Positions 1 through 13,550 of a DNA stretch of 64,000 nt are shown here, piece after piece. Where the stretch lies: positions 44,578,001 through 44,642,000 of the forward strand of contig OX597820.1 in the NCBI GenBank assembly GCA_951406725.2. Reading direction: 5' to 3'. The DNA is from Octopus vulgaris. Taxonomy: Eukaryota. Each line of letters starts with the position of its first letter. The stretch's first letter is position 1. Under the pieces are notes generated by a model. The model saw nothing but the letters and a program-made list of their open reading frames with translations. It was not told where the DNA came from and did not search any database. The position numbers were made by a program, and so were the translations under genes.

Positions 1-39
1 GGATGCCAACAGTTGCATAAAGAAGTGCCGATCTCTCAA

Positions 40-1290
40 AGTAGATGGAACATATGGTAGAAGGAGACCCAGGAAGACATGGGATGAAGTATGGAAGGTA
101 GATTGAAAACATGGAATAGGGAACCCCAAGAATACATGGGATGAAGTACGGAAGGTAGATTGAAAACATGGAATAGGGAACCTCAAGAATACATGGGATG
201 AAGCACGGAAGGTAGATTGAAAACATGGAATAGGGAACCTCAAGAATACATGGGATGAAGTACGGAAGGTAGATTGAAAACATGGAATAGGGAACCTCAA
301 GAATACATGGGATGAAGTACGGAAGGTAGATTGAAAACATGGAATAGGGAACCCCAAGAATACATGGGACAAAGTACCGAAGGTAGATTGAAAACATGGA
401 ATAGGGAACCCCAAGAATACATGGGATGAAGCACGGAAGGTAGATTGAAAACATGGAATAGGGAACCCCAAGAATACATGGGATGAAGCACGGAAGGTAG
501 ATTGAAAACATGGAATAAGGAACCCCAAGAATACATGGGATGAAGTACGGAAGGTAGATTGAAAACATGGAATAGGGAACCCCAAGAATACATGGGATGA
601 AGTACGGAAGGTAGATTGAAAACATGGAATAGGGAACCCCAAGAATACATGGGATGAAGCACGGAAGGTAGATCGAAAACATGGAATAGGGAACCCCAAG
701 AATACATGGGATGAAGTATGGAAGGTAGATCGAAAACATGGAATAGGGAACCCCAAGAATACATGGGATGAAGTACGGAAGGTAGATTGAAAATATGGAA
801 TAGGGAACCCCAAGAATACATGGGATGAAGTACGGAAGGTAGATTGAAAACATGGAATAGGGAACCCCAAGAATACATGGGATGAAGTACGGAAGGTAGA
901 TTGAAAACATGGAATAGGGAACCCCAAGAATGCATGGGATGAAGTATGGAAGGTAGATTGAAAACATGGAATAGGGAACCCCAAGAATACATGGGAGGAA
1001 GTACGGAAGGTAGATTGAAAACATGGAATAGGGAACCCCAAGAATACATGGGATGAAGAACAGAAGGTAGATTTGAAACATGGAATAGGGAACCCCAAGA
1101 ATACATGGGATGAAGTACTGAAGGTAAATTGAAAACATGGAATAGGGAACCCCAAGAATACATGGGATGAAGAACGGAAGGTAGATTGGAAACATGGAAT
1201 AGGGAACCCAAGAATACATGGGATGAAGTACTGAAAGTAGATGGAGAAAGCAGAAGAGGGAGACCCAGGAAGACATGGGACAAAGTACTG
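40..1290 (+). repeat. 57-bp tandem array (~20 copies) derived from the 3' coding end of an RTE LINE
   Basis: GAATACATGG recurs at 130, 187, 244, 301 and onward (period 57). Flanks read GRRRPRKTWDEV and RGRPRKTWDKV, as in the RTE copies at ~37480 and ~42745. Confidence 0.9.
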
Positions 1291-1635
1291 ATGGACAACC
1301 TTAGGATACTGAACCTTTCACACGAGATGACAAAGCACCAAGATGCTTGGCACCCTACTGTACTCAAGAAGTTCTGTACTCCACAGCAGAAGTGTTGAGG
1401 CGACACTCCCTGGCCACATAAAAATACCCAGCACACTCTGTAAAATGGTTGGCGTTCGGAGCATTGTTAATGGAAACTAACTGATGATGATGATGATGAT
1501 GATAAACATCACTATCCCGTTTTATAGAATAAGTGTACAGTATATGACCAAAGTCTTATGAGTAGATTTGGTAGACAGAAACTGAAAGAAGCTTGTAGTG
1601 TGTGGGGGCGTACGCGCTTGTGTGTGTGTGTTACA

Positions 1636-2025
1636 TCTCAATATATATAAAGTTGAAGTTGTCTGTGTATGGCAGATTTGGTAGCCTTCAACTAACACTA
1701 TCTCCTCCGAGACCCGGCAGCGCAAGTTGACCAAAATTGAGAGTATGAAAGAAGGCTTGCTCTTCCTTCCGTAGAAGAAAAAATTCAAATCAGACCATGT
1801 TAACACCAAAAATTATTTACATCAAAAGGTGCTTTTTTTTCTATGAAAATCCCTACTTTTTACGATTTTTTGACTGCTGTGTCGCTATTTTTTGGTGTAT
1901 TTCAACCAGAAAAATGTTCACTTAAAGAGAATAACAAAGCTACATAATGCAAAATTTTTACTTTTCAAAAATTCAAATTCTAAAGGGCCGAAACAAACCC
2001 GAGCAACGCCGGGCGATACTGCTAG
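1636..2025 (+). mobile_element. Non-autonomous Helitron
   Basis: A|TC 5' end, 3' hairpin CCCGAGCAACGCCGGG followed by CTAG|T, no TSD. Confidence 0.8.
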
Positions 2026-2683
2026 TTAAGTGATACTTGTAAACAAGTGTCACCGTCATGCAAGCAGAGTTCTTCATTTTCAGTCTTCCGTCAACATGTG
2101 TACACACGCATACACGCACGGAGAAATACCATTAAGTTTTGAGAATAGTACGACAAGGGAGTTAAATATCTAGAACGTAAATTACACAATAGTTACCTCC
2201 CTTGAATTATTTTGCTAGTATTCAGTAAACTACCAAAGCTATTTTTGAGATAGTCGGTTTTCTCTTCCAACGATCCGAGTTTAGATCTTATATCTATTCT
2301 TTACTTTTATCCCTATAGGATCACTGAAATAAGTCATCGTTACATCCAGTGGTATGTGAACCTATCAAAATATTGATTTCTAAAATTTGGTAGGAAACCA
2401 CAAATAATGATGAGGAAGCGTATATTCAATTATTTCGATGACAAGCGCTTTATAGAAAAATGAAAGGCAAAGTCAGTAAAGGTAAGGTTCGAACTCGGAA
2501 CTTAAGGAACGTGACTAGATGCTACAAAGCACTATTTTGTTTAACACTCTACTGCTTCTACCGATTTAACAAGCCCTTAGAACTTAATATAAAAGGAAAT
2601 ATCAACAACAAGAAAAAATAACAGAAAACGCGAAAACTGTGACATTCATACCTACCAAAAATATATTATAGACATAAATGTTG

Positions 2684-3100
2684 GGATCTTTTCGGTTTGA
2701 CCGGCAGTTTTTTAAAATAATTTCCACGTAACTAAACACTTTTAAAACTTCGTATACTGGTAGAATGTGTTTATAAAACATATTTTTCTCTTGGCTTTAT
2801 TGAGAAAATTCTATAGCTTGTAAGATATTTGTTGTTTTTTCTTCAATTTCTGCTATTTCAACCAATCAATGACGTCTATTGAGGTGAAAACATTCTGTGC
2901 CGTATGAATATGTCCCTCGTTTAAGAAATAGATTGGGTTTATTTACATTTCTGAAGAAAAAAAGATACCCTTCCCCCCACCCCTAACCCACCCTAACTAA
3001 CCCTAACCCTAAAACAGATTGAAATGCAATAGATCGATACTAGGGTCATAATTTCATATGACACCACTAGAAAAAAGTGCTGTTCAAACCGAAAAGATCC
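2684..3100. mobile_element. MITE, Merlin-like (GG termini, 8-bp TSD)
   Basis: TIR GGATCTTTTCGGTTTGA / TCAAACCGAAAAGATCC; TSD AAATGTTG at 2676-2683 and 3101-3108. Confidence 0.85.
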
Positions 3101-3467
3101 AAATGTTGAATTACAGTTCCATATCAAAATTGGATTTATAAATATTTGTTAGTTTATCCATCCTCTTATTCACAAAGAGTTAATTTACTTTCCCCAATCA
3201 TAACAAATCCTTTGAGCTCAAAGTACCCTGCCAACAGTCTACAGCACAGGTTCAATTCCTTGTTGAGACATTTTACATAATATATCCCACTAAGGTTTAT
3301 GTATGTTTCGGGTGGGCAGAAAAATACACACTCACAATGCTTTGGTTCATCCAGGGTTAACCCAAGGTGCCATGTGGTGGGAGTGAACATAGAACCATGT
3401 TGTTAGGAAGTAAATTTCTCACCACACAGCTACATCTGTGACAACAAAAATTAAATTGTTTACTTAC

Positions 3468-3657
3468 CACATTTCTCCTCGTAGTATACACCATTAGCAT
3501 AAAAAGAGAGGGACTTGTGTGCTGCATCAATAGCGACAGATACTGGACCAAATTTGAAAATAGCAGCTTTCAGTGCATCTTCACTTCCTGAAGTGACATT
3601 TACATATCCTTTCAAATTGAGAACAGGTTTCGTTGAATTGTAATGACATTCACCATC
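3468..3657 (-). CDS. 26/29-kDa proteinase exon 9 (DGECHY...GPVSVAIDAAHKSLSFYANGVYYEEKC); gene continues beyond the left edge of the window
   Basis: TTTCAG acceptor, GTAAGT donor, 190 nt, phase 0-1. GPVSVAID and FY..GVY motifs. No His/Asn (HAV...KNSW) exon found in 1-3467. Confidence 0.95.
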
Positions 3658-3727
3658 CTGAAATAATTCAAGCAGAAAAAATTTTTTTTAATCAAAATGG
3701 TAAAGTCATCATGGTAAAGGAAAGCTG

Positions 3728-4153
3728 GGATCTTTCCGGTTTGAACGGCAGTTTTTTTTTAATAATTTCCACGTAACTAAACACTTTTAAACTTAGTATA
3801 TTGGTAGAATGTATTTATAAAACATCTTTTTCTCTTGGCTTTATTGAGAAAATTCTATAGCTTGTAAGATATTTGTTGTTGTTTTTCTTCAATTTCTCCA
3901 ATTTCAACCAATCAATGACGTATATTGAGGTGAAAACATTCTGTGCCGTATGAATATGTCCCTCGTTTAAGAAACATATTGGGTTTATTTACATTTGTGA
4001 AGAAAAAAAGATACCCTTCCCCCCACCCCTAACCAACACTAACTAACCCTAAAACAGATTGAAATGCAATAGATCGATACTAGGGTCATAATTATGGGTG
4101 ACAATTTCATATGACACCGCTAGAAAAAACTGCCGTTCAAACCGAAAAGATCC
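3728..4153. mobile_element. MITE, second copy of the Merlin-like family
   Basis: Same TIRs and interior; TSD GAAAGCTG at 3720-3727 and 4154-4161. Confidence 0.85.
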
Positions 4154-5950
4154 GAAAGCTGGAGTACAGCCTTTATAAGTAGATATAAACATAAATGTAT
4201 TATGTATTTTGACGTGGTTCTTGTAACCTCGCCGCCTCTTGTACTTTGAATTTACTAAATTTCTGAGGACAATTGTTTCTCTGAATTTGAGACACAATAC
4301 TTATATTAAGTTGCATGTTGTTATTGCACTAGTATAAATGTTGTAGGATACAGTCAAGTGACTAAATAATTCAAACGGACGATGAAATGATGTGGAGGGA
4401 AAGGTATAAGTAACTAAAGGGAATTAACTGCTAAATTACTTTTTAAAGCATACAGATTTATCTCCCTGAAAATTCTTTCCATGCTATTTTAATTATATTT
4501 TTCTATATTTAGTATAATCACAGGATAAAAAAAATACGTACTAATTAATCCTTTCAAATTTTGTCCATGGCTACTACTTATTTTTTTAAGGGAAGGAGTT
4601 AGACGATTACGTTGACACCAATGATCAACCGGTACTTAATTTATCGAACCCCGAAGGATGAGAGATAGTCAACCTCTGCAGAATTTGAACTCAGAATGTC
4701 AAGTCAAAAGAAATGCTGCTAATCATTCTGCCTGAAGGTGCTAACGTGTCTGCCAGCTAGCCGTCTTACAATTACATACTAATTAATAGAAAGCTAAATA
4801 AAGATGCTCTCGCTCTCTCTCTCTTTCTCTCTCAGTGTGTGGTGACGTCATTCGCAGTTTGAGTTTACTTAAGAAGGCAGGCTGAACTTTTAGGTTTCAG
4901 ATTAAAGGATTGGAATCCACAACAGGATACACAATTATGTATTTCTGATCGTAGATCTTTCAAGTTTGGCTGCCAATTTTCAAAAATTCAGAGTTTATTG
5001 AAAATTTGTAAATTTAGTACATTAATGTAGTTTTCCAAGATGAATCTCAGGAGATATTTCACTTTAATAGTTATAGAGGTTTAAAGTTTGAGAAAACAGG
5101 ACTTGAAAGCTGTCATTTTGTGCATGACATGTTTTAATATGAAACGAAATAAATCAACTTGTACTATTATAACTCCTTATAATTTTTCTATGTTTTAGAA
5201 TTTTCAGAAAATTTTGGCAAATTTGTATCTATACTCAGGAATTCATGCGATTATGCAAAAGCAAAAAATAAATTGGAAGGCGTGCAGTTTAAGGCCTATT
5301 TGGCTGTTATTTTTAGCACATCTCTTTACCAACAGATGGGTACAAGCAACAGAACACAGCATCAATGCACATGCTTTTGTGTAGAATATATTTGTCAATA
5401 TGTATTATCTCACAGAAAAAAGAGCTTTTGTATTTGGCTTATTATAGAAACTGGCATGTGTCTGGCTTACGATTGCCTAAAATTACCCAAAATTTTCAAA
5501 CCTTAAACGCTAATAACTTTTTGCTTATTAATTTATTGCAAAATTTAATTTCAAAGCAGAGATTAGCATATAAAACCATATCATTTCACTGAAAATGAAA
5601 TCAATTCAAGCAGGAATTGAAGAGATTGAAAATTGGGAGCCAAACAGAAAAGCTCCCTAATCATATTTTTTAATAATAGTGCAACTATAACAGTCTTTAG
5701 AAATTAAATTACATGCATTACAAGAGTATGTAACATATAGCATGATGCAGCACAAAAGTACTAAAAGAACTATTAGAATTAGGAATTTTCATTCTTGGAA
5801 TATGGAGAATGGTGATGAGGATACCTAATTTAATTTTTTTTCTGAGGGAAAGAGACATAAAATCCCAGAGAGAGACAGAATTTAATAAATGTGAACAAAG
5901 AGCAATTAGTCACTACACACATTTTTTTCTCTCCTTGTTTTTTCTGTGTC

Positions 5951-5988
5951 TCTTTCTGTAGAAGAGCGTAGGCTCGAAACGTAAAAGA
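5951..5988 (+). ncRNA. Minimal hammerhead-like motif in a short repeat (~5910-6078)
   Basis: UCUUU-CUGUAGA-A-GAGC guag GCUC-GAAAC-GUA-AAAGA. Confidence 0.5.
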
Positions 5989-8274
5989 CTTTTTCTATTC
6001 CTGAGCGTTATACTAATACATCTGTTTGTTTTGTACACCACCTGTCTTTGTTTTTTTCGTAAACTCTCCTTATATATACTATTACAAGCTTATCTCATGA
6101 GAGCAAAATGCCCAATTTAATAGTGCAAATGAGCTAGGTTTGATAAAGTTTAAAGGAATATAAACGATAGTGTCTGAGAAAAGGAGAGGAAGATAAAGAC
6201 ATTTTGACTGAAGTTGGCTTTAAAAATATATATTAAAAGAGAATGCCCATGTGTTCAGACACTATTCACACTATAATAAATACACATACACATCAAGGTC
6301 TGGTTGAGTGGCTTCTGACTGGTACAATAGAAGTCAAAGTTAATTGGGTCAAAGACAGTCTACTTGTTAGCCAGGTACTGTGTTATGATTCTTTTGTCAA
6401 TAGTAGTCACTAAGAATCTCTGCTTCCCATAGCAGTTATCAAAGCAATAAAACTAGTTGGCAATGAGTAACCACCCTAGTATGTTTGTTTTGTTAATCAT
6501 TATACAAAGATTAAATGTTCAGAGGGTTTGAGATTATGACACCAACAAGGACATATTTCAAGGGAATTTTCATACTGCTAAACCTATTCATTTTTATAAA
6601 ATAGGACTCATAGAACTCTAGTAAAATGTTTTTTTAAAAAAGCAGAATTTCAAATTAAGCACCACCCATTGTAATGGTTTTTAACTTTAGTTTTTTTTTT
6701 GTTTTCTTGTTTTTTAATATTATTAGATTTTTGTTTTAAAAAATTGTAATTCAACTTATGTAATAAAAACAGTTCTAGATTAAAACATCTACATGACATA
6801 CTTAGTATAAGTATATTATTCAAAAGTCAAAGGTTGCAGGGGTGGTCTCAGGAAATATCCTTTTATAGACATAGTGTGTAGTTGTGACTTATCAATGTCA
6901 CACACTCGAGTCACTTTCGTCTCAAGTGCAGGGCACTGACAAGCTACAAAAATGTCAAAATTTGCATGTCACCTTTGTGGTTGCTTCCAAACTGTTTCAT
7001 TTCAACTAACTCTGCAGTATCATCATCATCATCATCGTTTAACATCCGTTTTCTATGCTAGCATGGGTTGGACGGTTCGACCAGGGTCTGGGAAGCCAGG
7101 AGGCTGCACCAGGCTCCAGTCTGACCTGGCAGTGTTTCTACAGCTGGATGCCCTTCCTAACGCCAATACCCTTGTATATTTTAATACACAGCGACTATAA
7201 AAAATAAAATCAGTCAAGCCAGGGATCTCATCACAAGTTCCTGAAACCTGCTACTGGTATACCATATAAACAGTACTATCTGTTCTATCATGATGAAGTG
7301 GTTGGCAACTAAACCGGCTCCCCAACTTGAGTAGCTTGCTACTCTTGTGAGAAGGGTGTCTGGGCACCCAGCAGGACTGAAAACAAGATTGTTGAAGGAC
7401 AGATGAGCTCCTTGTGGGCCAACAGCCATCAAGTTGATGAAATCAATGGCAAACCACCCCCATTATCTCTGCCAAGAAAATACACAATGAGAAAGTCAGA
7501 ATGAAGTAATGCTATGGCTTCGTCTGATGTGAGAACTCATGCTTAATCATGAAAATTTTTGTAGCAGTGTCATCGATGTGCTGCCAAAAGCATATGATAC
7601 ATGGCAACGACGCTGACATCTATAAAGAGATACTTCCCAAGATAACCATAACAGACTCTGGTTTTTCAACAATATTCATATGGTAAGTACGTCATATAGT
7701 TTAAGTCAGCTGTAATTATTTTTAACAATTCACTTTTAACAATCAATGTAGATTACAAAATATAATTGCATTTTTCTTTAATCTGCAATTAATTGCAAAG
7801 ATAGATTTTAAACAAAATAAAAATCAGCTAAAATTAATCCCAGTATAATGATTTCCTTTCAGGTGTTGTACTTCTTTCAGAAAGTTACATTTAGTTAAGT
7901 GTTGTACCAGGTGCCAGTTTGATTTTGGCTTGGTTTCTATGGCTGGATGCCCTTTCTAACACCAACCACTCCAAGAGTGTAGTAAATGCCTTTCACATGT
8001 CACCGCCACAGGTGCCATTTACGTGTCACTGCCACAGGTGCCTTTTACGTTTCACCAGCACTGTCCACGACTACAATTTCACTTGGCCTGACGAGTCTTA
8101 TCAAGCACAGCAAACAGCCAAAGATCTTGATCACTACAAATAATTTAAAATCTTTAATCTCTAAAAATGCAATTTAAAAATCCCATCAATTATAATTATA
8201 CTAAAACCACTTAATACATTTTGGCATTATGCCATTTTGTGTTAGAGAAGAAAAAAATATTTAAAAGTATTTAC

Positions 8275-8436
8275 AATAGCAAGATAAGCTCCATAAGAAT
8301 CTTCACTTGTCAGGCCACCTGTCTTCATAATCCAATCATAAGCCCGGAAATCTTCGCCTCCATCACAGCCATTGTTGCCCTCACCCCATGAACAATCCAT
8401 TAATTCTTGTTGTGACAAGCGAACCAAATTACCAGT
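8275..8436 (-). CDS. 26/29-kDa proteinase exon 8 (TGNLVRLSQQELMDCSW...GCDGGEDF...YGAYLAI)
   Basis: TTTCAG acceptor, GTAAAT donor, 162 nt, phase 0-0. LSxQxLxDC and GCxGG motifs. Confidence 0.96.
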
Positions 8437-8764
8437 CTGAAAAAAATAGGAAAAAATGTTTTTATATTTCAAAAACGTATATTGCAACATACACAAATAT
8501 CATCATCAATTGTTATCATCATTATGATATCTACTTTTTCATGCTTGCATAGATCACATTTGATTGAAAGAGATCTTATATTATTCAAGCAACAGAATTT
8601 ATGTAAACTCTAAGTATATTTGACATATAGAAGTGGGGTAAAAAAAAAAAAAAAAAAAAAACATTCAAATTTAAAGCTATACACACAATGGTTCTCATAT
8701 GAACTACTTGGTCATAATATGGTCAAACTTTACTACTTTCTTCAATCACACTGTCTCAGTGCTA

Positions 8765-8977
<213 letters not shown>

Positions 8978-10630
8978 TTAATTGCAAGATGCCATCATCA
9001 GTGACATTTTTACATTCAACTTTTCTTGCTAGGACAAGTTGGATTAAACTTTTTGAGGAAATATTTTTACAGCCAAATCCCCTTCTTGGTGCCAAAGCAA
9101 AATTAAAATAACCACTGAAGAATAAAATTATTTAGACAAACTTTTTTTTTTTTTCATGATTCTATTAAAATTTCAAGTCTAAATTCCCATTCAATGAATA
9201 TTTATGGGATTATTCCTCATCGTCAGAACATATAGAAAATGAAAAGAAAAAAAATTAACTTAAAATTATGTAAAATTGGTTAAAATATCTCGAGGCTTTC
9301 CCTACATAGTTTAGAATGATCATTCCCAAAAGCGTCAGTCTACAGCTACACGTAACCTCTACACTTCATTTTCAGTGATCCCTACCATATAAATAGAAAT
9401 GACAAGACAGGAAATTTCAAAGGGACAAAACACCTACCTCTTAAGGTTGTCTTTACTAACTAAAACACACGCTCATGTACGCACACCCTTATGCAATACC
9501 AACACTTCCTGAACAGCTGAAGTTGCTTCTATTTCAGAAACTGCTACTTTAGAATATCTAGAGTTTACTACATCATATTTCAGAGTTCAAATCACACCAA
9601 GGTCAGTTTTAGAAGGATGTGAGGTCAATGTGCTGGACTAATGGCCACAGTCAAGAATGTGTCTAATTCCTTGTATTATACTTAAATTCATTGTTAACAC
9701 AGGTAATGCATGGATCATTAAAAAAGTTAATTAGAAGCAATTATGCAAAGAAGAGCCTCCCGTATTGCTGAAAATAGGTGTAAAAATATTACTTGTGGAC
9801 TAATATTTGCTCATAAACTAATGTTTTGGTTTATTTCTTTTCCTCATTCTATAAATATTTCTAATTATGTTTCTGCTGATTTGCATAATAAATATTTTCT
9901 TTCCATTTGTTTTTATGACTGTTTCCCATGTTAGCTTGGGTTAGATGAATACATTATTTAAGTACTGTTTTACAACTGGATACCCTTACTAGTTTTTCAA
10001 GTATGGGATCACAGCTCTGAAGGCACAAAAACCATAGACAATTTGCTGATGCAAGCATACACACACACATATACACGGAGTACAAAAGTAAGTATACAGT
10101 TATGAAAAAAGAAAACCCATACAATACTCATTTATTTTTATTAAAAAAATTAAAAGTTAGACTCATTTTTGATATTTTTAGTGTCATTAATCATAATAAT
10201 ACATTTATAATAACTATAATAATACTTATAACTTTTTTTATTTTTTTTATAAAACTAAAGGAGTATTGTACATGCTTTCTTTTTTCATAACTGTATGCCT
10301 ACTTTTGCGCTCCCCCCACCACCCTATATATATATATAGGTTTGATAAGTGCCAATGCACAAAACTCATTACCATGTTGAGTTATGCTGCTTCTGCTGAA
10401 TAAATACACACACATCTATATAACATCAACCACTCCGCAGAGTGCACTGCAGGGTGGTTGGTGTTAGGAGAGCATCCAGCTGTAAAATCCATGCCAAACC
10501 AGACACAGAAGTTTGGTGTAGTCTTCTACCTGACCAGCTCCTGTCAAACCATTCCATCCATGCTAGCATGGAAAGCAGATGTTAATTGATGATGATGATC
10601 ATGATAATAGAGAGAGAGAGAAACACTAAC

Positions 10631-10824
10631 CCTCTAGCCTCCAGTCTTTACTTTCTGGAATGGAAGAATCGTGAATGAGACTTTCATCAAATGGAAGGCC
10701 ATTGTTCTTCTGACCGGAGCTTTTGTAGCCTCGCAAGACTTTCAGTTCAGCTTCACTGTAATCAGCCAAATGATTCACAGCCAGAGTATAAGTGAGACCA
10801 GCACGATTCTTGGAGTCGATATAA
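10631..10824 (-). CDS. 26/29-kDa proteinase exon 6 (YIDSKNRAGLTYTLAVNHLAD...PESKDWRLEG)
   Basis: TTTCAG acceptor, GTTAGT donor, 194 nt, phase 2-1. GNFD-like AVNHLAD motif and DWR start of the mature enzyme. Confidence 0.95.
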
Positions 10825-11607
10825 CTGAAAAGAGAAAGAAACAAATCAGTAGTAGATAAACATTTTTAAAAATGGTGGAAAGGGTTACAGCCCACTATTA
10901 ATAGTATTATCAGTGGTGGTGGTGGTGGTGGTGGTGGTGGTGGTAATGATAATGAGCAATCATCATCATCATCCGTTTCCCATGCTGGAATGGGTTGGAC
11001 AGTTTGACCAGACCTGGTAAGGCCAGGGGTCTCATCTGCCCTCCTAGATGAGTTGGGGGACTATATATCAATTTGTACATTCCAATTTTTGAAGTCATTT
11101 CTTATTTCTTTACTGCCCACAAGGGGCTACACACAGAGGGAACAAACAAGGACAGACAAATTCATTTCTATGGCTGGAGTCCCTTTCTATCAGCCAGCAC
11201 TATGACAGAGGTGAAGAAGACACTACACATTCTCTCAACCCCACATCATCTCTCCTCATTTTGGGTAATGATAATTGTTTCTTGCACTGACATCATCATT
11301 ATCATTTAACATCTGTTTTCCATGCCAGCATCAGCTGATGGTTTGACCAGAGGTGGAAAGCTGGAGTGCCACACCAAATTTCAGTCTGATTTGGTTTCTA
11401 TGACCGGATGCCCTTCCTAACACCAACCACCTTACAGAGTGTGCTGGGTACATTTTATGTGACACCAGCATAGCCAAAAATTTGGAGAGTGGGTGTATTT
11501 GTTTTTGTGACTCCAGTACTTGCTGGTATATATTTCATCAACCCTTGGAAGATGAACATCAACACAGTAGGAACAATAAAGGCAATGTGAACATTTTTAT
11601 AGTAATA

Positions 11608-12092
11608 CTAGCAGTATTGCCCGGCTTTCCAAAATGGTCACATTTAATTCAAAGCGTTAAAAATGTTATGAAAACAATTGGTATGTGTTCACAAAGTCCA
11701 AACGATTAATATGAAAAAACCCTCCAGGCTACATCCCGGAAATTCATTTCTTTGCCGAATTTCTACAATGTTTATGGCGATTCGTTTTTACATCTTGATT
11801 TTTTATTTTTCATGCAATTTACGCATGCTTGCACATGTGGTGAACACAGTTCACGTCAAACAGCTGACTGAGTAAAGTTCACTATTCAATGCATGGGATA
11901 AGGCCTAAACAAACACATTATCGATTTTTGCACTTGCGAGATGAATTTCAGAACAGAAATAGCGCAGTTCAATTTTCATTCGCCTAAACTTTAAGTGACC
12001 CATTTTTGGTGGTTCTATGATTTGTTGGCTAGGAGGAGATGTGCCGGGAAGTTAAACACACAGACACACAAATTGAGTTTTATATATATAGA
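11608..12092 (-). mobile_element. Non-autonomous Helitron
   Basis: Same CTAG 3' terminus (ctagcagtattgcccgg on +) and TC+TATATA 5' end. Confidence 0.7.
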
Positions 12093-12200
12093 TTTGGTAA
12101 TAATACTCACAGTAACAGAAATGATAACAACAACACCAGTAGTGCCAAACAAAAACAACAAAGTTAACAAAATTAAAAAAAGAAACAAAACATAACTTAC

Positions 12201-12393
12201 CGAAGATTTTGCAAAAAGTGGTGTTTGCGCTTACTGTGCTCTTTTTCATTATTGTAGGATTTGCTATGTTTCTGCTTAAATTCCTCAAACATATCATCAA
12301 CATAGGAAGTTTTTCTGTTAACCAATTCCAACATGGGGTTCATGGATGCTAAGTGTTTGTCACCAGGTCCAGGGAATCCAGTACACTTCATGG
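12201..12393 (-). CDS. 26/29-kDa proteinase exon 5 (CTGFPGPG...NPMLE...FEEFKQKHSKSY; start of I29 propeptide)
   Basis: TAG acceptor, GTAAG donor, 193 nt, phase 1-2. Together with exon 6 gives a complete ERFNIN motif (EHSKRKHHFLQNLRYIDSKN). Confidence 0.95.
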
Positions 12394-13013
12394 CTATCAT
12401 AAAAATGAAAAACGAAAGTGTAGGACTTCAAAGTCAGAGATGGTCTAGTCTGTTTTTGTAAACTATATACACAGGCATGGCACTTCAGCAAAAGAGATCA
12501 ATAGAATAAGTATTAGGCTTAAAAAGTAAGTTCTGGGGTCAATTTGTTCCACTAAAACCCTTCGAGGGAGTGCTCCAGCATGGCCACAATCAATTGACTG
12601 AAACAAATAAAAGAATGCCCTCGACATTATATTGTGAATATGATCAAGATACTCAAGACTCGCTGTCTCAGTTCATCAAACTTTAAAATAAGTACCATCA
12701 GTAGCTAAAATTACTGTTAGATGAGAATCTTCTATCTTTTATTTGTTTCAGTCATTAGGCTATGGCCATGCTGTAGCACTGCCTTGAAGAATTTTTAGTC
12801 AAATTAATCAAACCCAGGACTTTTTTTAAGCATTGTACTTATTCTATTGGTCTTTGTTGCTGAACCACTAAATTACAGGGATGTAAACACACCAACACCA
12901 GCTGTCAAGTGATAGTGGGGAACAAACACACACACACAGATATATATATATATATATATGCACGCATTTTTTTTTCTCTCTCCTTCTTTTTGTGTTTTTT
13001 TTCTCTCTGTGTA

Positions 13014-13051
13014 TCTTTCTGTTGAAGAGCGTAGGCTCGAAACGTTAAAGA
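13014..13051 (+). ncRNA. Minimal hammerhead-like motif, second copy (repeat ~12960-13150 within (TA)n)
   Basis: UCUUU-CUGUUGA-A-GAGC guag GCUC-GAAAC-GUU-AAAGA. Confidence 0.5.
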
Positions 13052-13177
13052 CTTGTTTTATTTATATTTCCTGAGCGCCATACTAATACAATTGTTTGTT
13101 TGTTTTCCACCTGCCTTCGTCTTTTGTCTATTTTCATAAAGCTTCCCGTTATATATATATATATATATATATATATA

Positions 13178-13550
13178 CTAGCAGTATCGCCCGGCGTTGC
13201 TCGGGTTTGTAAGGGAAATAACTATAAAGCATTTTTAGAGAGTTATAGCCAAAAAATAGCAAAAAAATTATGGTAAATTTTTTTTGTGAGTTAAAAAGGT
13301 CGAGTTGCGTCCCCTAGACAGTCTGTGGTTTGTGTTTCTGAATCTCGACCACATGTCGAATTTATCGATTTTTTTCAGAACTGGGGGAACTTTTCAAAAT
13401 TTTCGCTGCGTTAGTTTTGAATTATGACATTGGGCTATGTGTGTGTCAAGTTTCATCAGAATCGGTTGAAAGCTGTGGCCAGGGTGAGGGTACAACCTGA
13501 CAGACACACAGACACACAGACAGACAAACTGCCGTTTATATAGAGAGAGA
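13178..13550 (-). mobile_element. Non-autonomous Helitron
   Basis: ctagcagtatcgcccggcgttgctcgggtttg is the reverse complement of the 1636-2025 3' end. TC 5' end followed by a (TGTC)-type microsatellite. Confidence 0.78.

Noticed and set aside
297-1436. 379-aa ORF as a real protein, or the array as CRISPR
   Set aside because: Product of a 57-bp (3n) tandem repeat; no unique spacers, no cas genes, eukaryotic context.
2981-3012. Interstitial telomere
   Set aside because: Only a few CCCTAA units, and they are part of the MITE consensus.
3166-3390. Possible terminal protease exon
   Set aside because: No HAV/GYG/KNSW motifs in any minus-strand frame; the final exon must lie outside the window.
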